From contig JASTWF010000325.1 of the NCBI GenBank assembly GCA_030390025.1, forward strand, positions 124,001 through 188,000: DNA of 64,000 bases. Reading direction: 5' to 3'. A program made the position numbers and the translations under genes. Numbering within the stretch: the first letter of the stretch is position 1; the number at the start of each line of letters is the position of its first letter. The notes beneath the pieces are model-generated. The model was not told where the DNA came from and made no database searches. It was given only the letters and a program-made list of their open reading frames with translations. Source of the stretch: Squalus acanthias. Lineage: Eukaryota. Of the stretch, positions 60,501 to 64,000 are shown one piece after another.

Positions 60501-63500
60501 CCTGGACAGTGTATATAGATTGTACCTGGACAGTGTATATTGATTGTACCTGGACAGTGTATATAGATTGTACCTGGACAGTGTATATAGATTGTACCTG
60601 GACAGTGTATATAGATTGTACCTGGACAGTGTATATAGATTGTACCTGGACAGTGTATATAGATTGTACCTGGACAGTGTATATAGATTGTACCTGGACA
60701 GTGTATATAGATTGTACCTGGACAGTGTATATAGATTGTACCTGGACAGTGTATATTAATTGTACCTGGACAGTGTATATAGATTGTACCTGGACAGTGT
60801 ATATAGATTGTACCTGGACAGTGTATATAGATTGTACCTAGACAGTGTATATTGATTGTACCTGGACAGTGTATATTGATTGTACCTGGACAGTGTATAT
60901 AGATTGTACCTGGACAGTGTATATTGATTGTACCTGGACAGTGTATATTGATTGTACCTGGACAGTGTATATAGATTGTACCTGGACAGTGTATATAGAT
61001 TGTACCTGGACAGTGTATATTGATTGTACCTGGACAGTGTATATAGATTGTACCTGGACAGTGTATATTGATTGTACCTGGACAGTGTATATAGATTGTA
61101 CCTGGACAGTGTATATTGATTGTACCTGGACAGTGTATATAGATTGTACCTGGACAGTGTATATAGATTGTACCTAGACAGTGTATATTGATTGTACCTG
61201 GACAGTGTATATTGATTGTACCTGGACAGTGTATATTGATTGTACCTGGACAGTGTATATTGATTATACCTGGACAGTGTATATAGATTGTACCTGGACA
61301 GTGTATATAGATTGTACCTGGACAGTGTATATAGATTGTACCTGGACAGTGTATATTGATTGTACCTGGACAGTGTATATAGATTGTACCTGGACAGTGT
61401 ATATTGATTGTACCTGGACAGTGTATATTGATTGTACCTGGACAGTGTATATTGATTGTACCTGGACAGTGTATATAGATTGTACCTGGACAGTGTATAT
61501 AGATTGTACCTGGACAGTGTATATAGATTGTACCTGGACAGTGTATATTGATTGTACCTGGACAGTGTATATAGATTGTACCTGGACAGTGTATATTGAT
61601 TGTACCTGGACAGTGTATATTGATTGTACCTGGACAGTGTATATTGATTGTACCTGGACAGTGTATATTGATTGTACCTGGACAGTGTATATTGATTGTA
61701 CCTGGACAGTGTATATTGATTGTACCTGGACAGTGTATATTGATTGTACCTGGACAGTGTATATTGATTGTACCTGGACAGTGTATATTGATTGTACCTG
61801 GACAGTGTATATAGATTGTACCTGGACAGTGTATATAGATTGTACCTGGACAGTGTATATTGATTGTACCTGGACAGTGTATATAGATTGTACCTGGACA
61901 GTGTATATAGATTGTACCTGGACAGTGTATATTGATTGTACCTGGACAGTGTATATAGATTGTACCTGGACAGTGTATATTGATTGTACCTGGACAGTGT
62001 ATATAGATTGTACCTGGACAGTGTATATAGATTGTACCTGGACAGTGTATATAGATTGTACCTGGACAGTGTATATTGATTGTACCTGGACAGTGTATAT
62101 AGATTGTACCTGGACAGTGTATATAGATTGTACCTGGACAGTGTATATTGATTGTACCTGGACAGTGTATATTGATTGTACCTGGACAGTGTATATAGAT
62201 TGTACCTGGACAGTGTATATAGATTGTACCTGGACAGTGTATATAGATTGTACCTGGACAGTGTATATGATTGTACCTGGACAGTGTATATAGATTGTAC
62301 CTGGACAGTGTATATAGATTGTACCTGGACAGTGTATATAGATTGTACCTGGACAGTGTATATTGATTGTACCTGGACAGTGTATATAGATTGTACCTGG
62401 ACAGTGTATATAGATTGTACCTGGACAGTGTATATTGATTGTACCTGGACAGTGTATATAGATTGTACCTGGACAGTGTATATAGATTGTACCTGGACAG
62501 TGTATATTGATTGTACCTGGACAGTGTATATAGATTGTACCTGGACAGTGTATATTAGATTGTACCTGGACAGTGTATATTGATTGTACCTGGACAGTGT
62601 ATATTGATTGTACCTGGACAGTGTATATTGATTGTACCTGGACAGTGTATATTGATTGTACCTGGACAGTGTATATTGATTGTACCTGGACAGTGTATAT
62701 AGATTGTACCTGGACAGTGTATATTGATTGTACCTGGACAGTGTATATTGATTGTACCTGGACAGTGTATATTGATTGTACCTGGACAGTGTATATTGAT
62801 TGTACCTGGACAGTGTATATTGATTGTACCTGGACAGTGTATATTGATTGTACCTGGACAGTGTATATAGATTGTACCTGGACAGTGTATATTGATTGTA
62901 CCTGGACAGTGTATATAGATTGTACCTGGACAGTGTATATAGATTGTACCTGGACAGTGTATATAGATTGTACCTGGACAGTGTATATAGATTGTACCTG
63001 GACAGTGTATATAGATTGTACCTGGACAGTGTATATAGATTGTACCTGGACAGTGTATATAGATTGTACCTGGACAGTGTATATAGATTGTACCTGGACA
63101 GTGTATATAGATTGTACCTGGACAGTGTATATAGATTGTACCTGGACAGTGTATATAGATTGTACCTGGACAGTGTATATAGATTGTACCTGGACAGTGT
63201 ATATTGATTGTACCTGGACAGTGTATATAGATTGTACCTGGACAGTGTATATTGATTGTACCTGGACAGTGTATATTGATTGTACCTGGACAGTGTATAT
63301 AGATTGTACCTGGACAGTGTATATTGATTGTACCTGGACAGTGTATATTGATTGTACCTGGACAGTGTATATAGATTGTACCTGGACAGTGTATATAGAT
63401 TGTACCTGGACAGTGTATATTGATTGTACCTGGACAGTGTATATAGATTGTACCTGGACAGTGTATATAGATTGTACCTGGACAGTGTATATAGATTGTA

Positions 63501-64000
63501 CCTGGACAGTGTATATAGATTGTACCTGGACAGTGTATATAGATTGTACCTGGACAGTGTATATAGATTGTACCTGGACAGTGTATATAGATTGTACCTG
63601 GACAGTGTATATTGATTGTACCTGGACAGTGTATATAGATTGTACCTGGACAGTGTATATAGATTGTACCTGGACAGTGTATATTGATTGTACCTGGACA
63701 GTGTATATAGATTGTACCTGGACAGTGTATATAGATTGTACCTGGACAGTGTATATTGATTGTACCTGGACAGTGTATATAGATTGTACCTGGACAGTGT
63801 ATATAGATTGTACCTGGACAGTGTATATAGATTGTACCTGGACAGTGTATATAGATTGTACCTGGACAGTGTATATTGATTGTACCTGGACAGTGTATAT
63901 TGATTGTACCTGGACAGTGTATATTGATTGTACCTGGACAGTGTATATAGATTGTACCTGGACAGTGTATATTGATTGTACCTGGACAGTGTATATAGAT

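Larger units (their letters stand above)
1..64000. repeat. 24-bp tandem satellite array, consensus GATTGTACCTGGACAGTGTATATW (~2,670 copies, 37.5% GC, single orientation)
   Basis: Seen directly: the unit repeats from base 2 to the window end, and the 60-nt lines recur every two lines (120 bp = 5 units). Copy number is 64000/24. No spacer or unique sequence was seen. Confidence 0.99.

Noticed and set aside
17..63615. All listed ORFs, including those over 1,000 aa, as protein-coding genes
   Set aside because: They are pure 8-aa repeat translations with mostly GTG/TTG starts internal to the repeat. Their ends are set by single-base indels, and they have no unique domain.
1..64000. CRISPR array
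   Set aside because: The 24-bp, weakly palindromic unit is repeat-like in size, but there are no spacers, leader or cas genes.
1..64000. Telomerase-made long-unit telomere (budding-yeast type 23-25 bp repeats)
   Set aside because: Unit size and a GTGTA motif with mild G bias are reminiscent. However, the length far exceeds normal yeast telomeres, kb-scale copied variant blocks imply recombinational amplification, and I recognise no matching telomere unit. A subtelomeric location is not excluded.
1..64000. Rolling-circle or amplification concatemer artefact of one 24-mer
   Set aside because: One template would not give a patterned A/T mixture with recurring multi-unit variant cassettes.
1..64000. 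A/T string as a functional or synthetic encoded message
   Set aside because: The pattern is explained by nested duplications, and no framing or readout mechanism is evident.

Overview
The whole 64 kb window is one uninterrupted head-to-tail tandem array (satellite/large minisatellite) of a 24-bp monomer, GATTGTACCTGGACAGTGTATAT[A/T], about 2,670 copies, all in one orientation. It runs off both ends of the window. I see no unique sequence, credible gene, RNA gene, CRISPR spacer or mobile element; every ORF in the track is a translation of the repeat. The information lies in the variation. (i) One position per monomer is a common A/T dimorphism, and its order forms a binary pattern. (ii) That pattern shows near-tandem block duplications of about 3.2, 5.6, 3.6, 2.1 and 4.9-5.4 kb, i.e. 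local higher-order structure without one fixed period. (iii) Clusters of rare linked variants recur up to about 33 kb apart. (iv) A noisy, indel-rich stretch at about 5.5-8.5 kb, plus recurring 23/25-bp units at the dimorphic site, probably reflect consensus error. I cannot assign a taxon or function and found no supportable new gene system. Block boundaries were read by eye and are approximate.
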